DNA of 64,000 nucleotides, from contig NC_087446.1 of assembly GCF_036321535.1 (NCBI RefSeq), forward strand, positions 8,370,001 through 8,434,000, written 5' to 3'. Both the position numbers and the translations under genes were made by a program. This stretch comes from Camelus dromedarius. Lineage: Eukaryota. This document shows positions 62,090-64,000 of this stretch, in pieces. The notes under the pieces are model-generated. The model was given only the letters and a program-made list of their open reading frames with translations. It did not search any database and was not told the origin of the DNA. Positions within the stretch are counted from its first letter, which is position 1; each line of letters begins with the position of its first letter.

Positions 62090-64000
62090 AAAATTTCCCC
62101 CAGCTTTGTTGGGATGTAATTGACGTATGACATTGTGGAACTTTAAGGTGTACAATGTGATGATTTGGCACAAGTACATACTGTGAAATTTTTACCACAA
62201 GCAGGTTAGTTAACACATCCTTCAGCTCACATAATTCCCATTTTGTTGGTGTTGTTTTATGGTGAGATGGTTTAAGATTTACTCTCATAGCAACTTTCAA
62301 GTATACAATATAGAATTATTAACTGTAGTCACCGTGCTGTACATTAAATCCCCAGAACTTGTTCCTTCAGTAACTGGAAGTTTGTACCCTTTGACCAACA
62401 TCTAATTTCCCCCACCCCTAGCCCTGGCCACCACCGTTCTACTCTGTGTTTGTGTGAGTTTGGCTTTTTTAGATTACACACATAAGCGAGATCATACAGT
62501 ATTTGTCTTCCTTTGACTTATTTCACTTAGCATAAGGTTCTCAAGGCCATGTTGTCGCAAATGGCAAAGTTTCCTTTTTTATGGCTGAATACTATTCTAT
62601 TGTGTGTATGCATCACATTTTCTTCACTCATTCATTGTCAGTGGACACTTACGTTGTTTCCATGTCTTGGCTATAGTGAATAATGCTGCAGTCAACATGA
62701 GGGTGCAGGCATCTCTTTCAGACTGTGATTTCATTTCCTTTGGCTATATATCGTAAGTGAGAGTCCTGGATCACACGGTACTACTACTTTTAATTTTTTG
62801 CGGAACTTCCATACTGTTTTCCATAGTGGCTGTACCAATTTACATTTCCTGTCAGCAGTGCACAAAAGTTCCCTTTTTCCTTACATCCTCGCCAGCATTT
62901 GTTATCACTTATCTTTTNNNNNNNNNNNNNNNNNNNNNNNNNNNNNNNNNNNNNNNNNNNNNNNNNNNNNNNNNNNNNNNNNNNNNNNNNNNNNNNNNNN
63001 NNNNNNNNNNNNNNNNNNNNNNNNNNNNNNNNNNNNNNNNNNNNNNNNNNNNNNNNNNNNNNNNNNNNNNTGCTACTGAGTTCTGTAAGTTTCTTATGTA
63101 CTTTGAATATTAACCCCTTATTATTCATATGGTTTGCAAATGTTTTCTCCCATTCTGTAAGTTGCCTTTTCATTTTGTTGTTTCTTTTGCTGTGCTTTTT
63201 AGTTGGATGTAGCCCCTCTTATTTATTTTAGCTTTTGTTTCTTGTTCTTTTGGTATTATACCCCCAAAAATCACTGCCAAGACCAATGTCAGGGAACTTT
63301 TCCCCTGGGTTTTATTCTGGGAGTTTTATGGTTCAGGTCTTACATTTAAGTCCTTAACCTCTTTTGAGTGAACTTTTGTAAGTGGTATAAGAGGGGTCCA
63401 GTTTTATTCTTTTGCATATGAATATCCAGTTTTCCCAGCACCATTTATTGAAGAGACTACACTTTTTGCCCATTGAGTATTCTTGGCTCCTNNNNNNNNN
63501 NNNNNNNNNNNNNNNNNNNNNNNNNNNNNNNNNNNNNNNNNNNNNNNNNNNNNNNNNNNNNNNNNNNNNNNNNNNNNNNNNNNNNNNNNNNNNNNNNNNN
63601 NNNNNNNNNNNNNNNNNNNNNNNNNNNNNNNNNNNNNNNNNGCCTCCAGCTCTATTCTTTTGCAAGATTGGTTTAGTTATTTNNNNNNNNNNNNNNNNNN
63701 NNNNNNNNNNNNNNNNNNNNNNNNNNNNNNNNNNNNNNNNNNNNNNNNNNNNNNNNNNNNNNNNNNNNNNNNNNNNNNNNNNNNNNNNNNNNNNNNNNNN
63801 NNNNNNNNNNNNNNNNNNNNNNNNNNNNNNNNNNNNNNNNNNNNNNNNNNNNNNNNNNNNNNNNNNNNNNNNNNNNNNNNNNNNNNNNNNNNNNNNNNNA
63901 TAAATATAGATCTTTTAATTCCTTGGCTCTAAGTTTAATTGTAAATGGGGTTGTTTTATTTCTTTTTCAGATAATTTATTGTTAGTATATAAAAACAACT
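62090..64000 (-). mobile_element. L1 element: 3' UTR and disrupted ORF2 C-terminal region, partly masked
   Basis: Minus-strand ORF remnants EWEKTFANH...[11 protein letters not shown]...[13 protein letters not shown] and [11 protein letters not shown]...RIKLDP are L1 ORF2-like; the L1 3' terminus lies near 62095. Confidence 0.9.

Overview
Mammalian genomic DNA with five spliced protein-coding genes in the order GTPBP1(-), JOSD1(+), TOMM22(-), CBY1(-), FAM227A(+), the same neighbourhood I recall from human 22q13.1. A tRNA-Ala-derived SINE and the lack of Alu, Bov, PRE or CAN SINEs suggest a camelid (inference). GTPBP1 coding exons 1-5 run off the left edge. JOSD1 (202 aa), TOMM22 (142 aa) and CBY1 (127 aa) are complete. 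The first 8 coding exons of FAM227A are present and the gene runs off the right edge. There are four CpG-island promoters, including the head-to-head CBY1/FAM227A promoter, plus ERV solo LTRs, L1, MIR and DNA-transposon fossils. The N-runs look like length-preserving masks, and several hide exons. I see no evidence of a new gene or a novel biological system. The best second-look items are regulatory: a U12-type intron and an apparent GC donor in FAM227A, five upstream AUGs in the JOSD1 leader, a candidate poison exon in GTPBP1, an LTR abutting the TOMM22 promoter, and RFX X-boxes in the CBY1/FAM227A promoter. Gene and repeat names come from recalled homology, not database searches.
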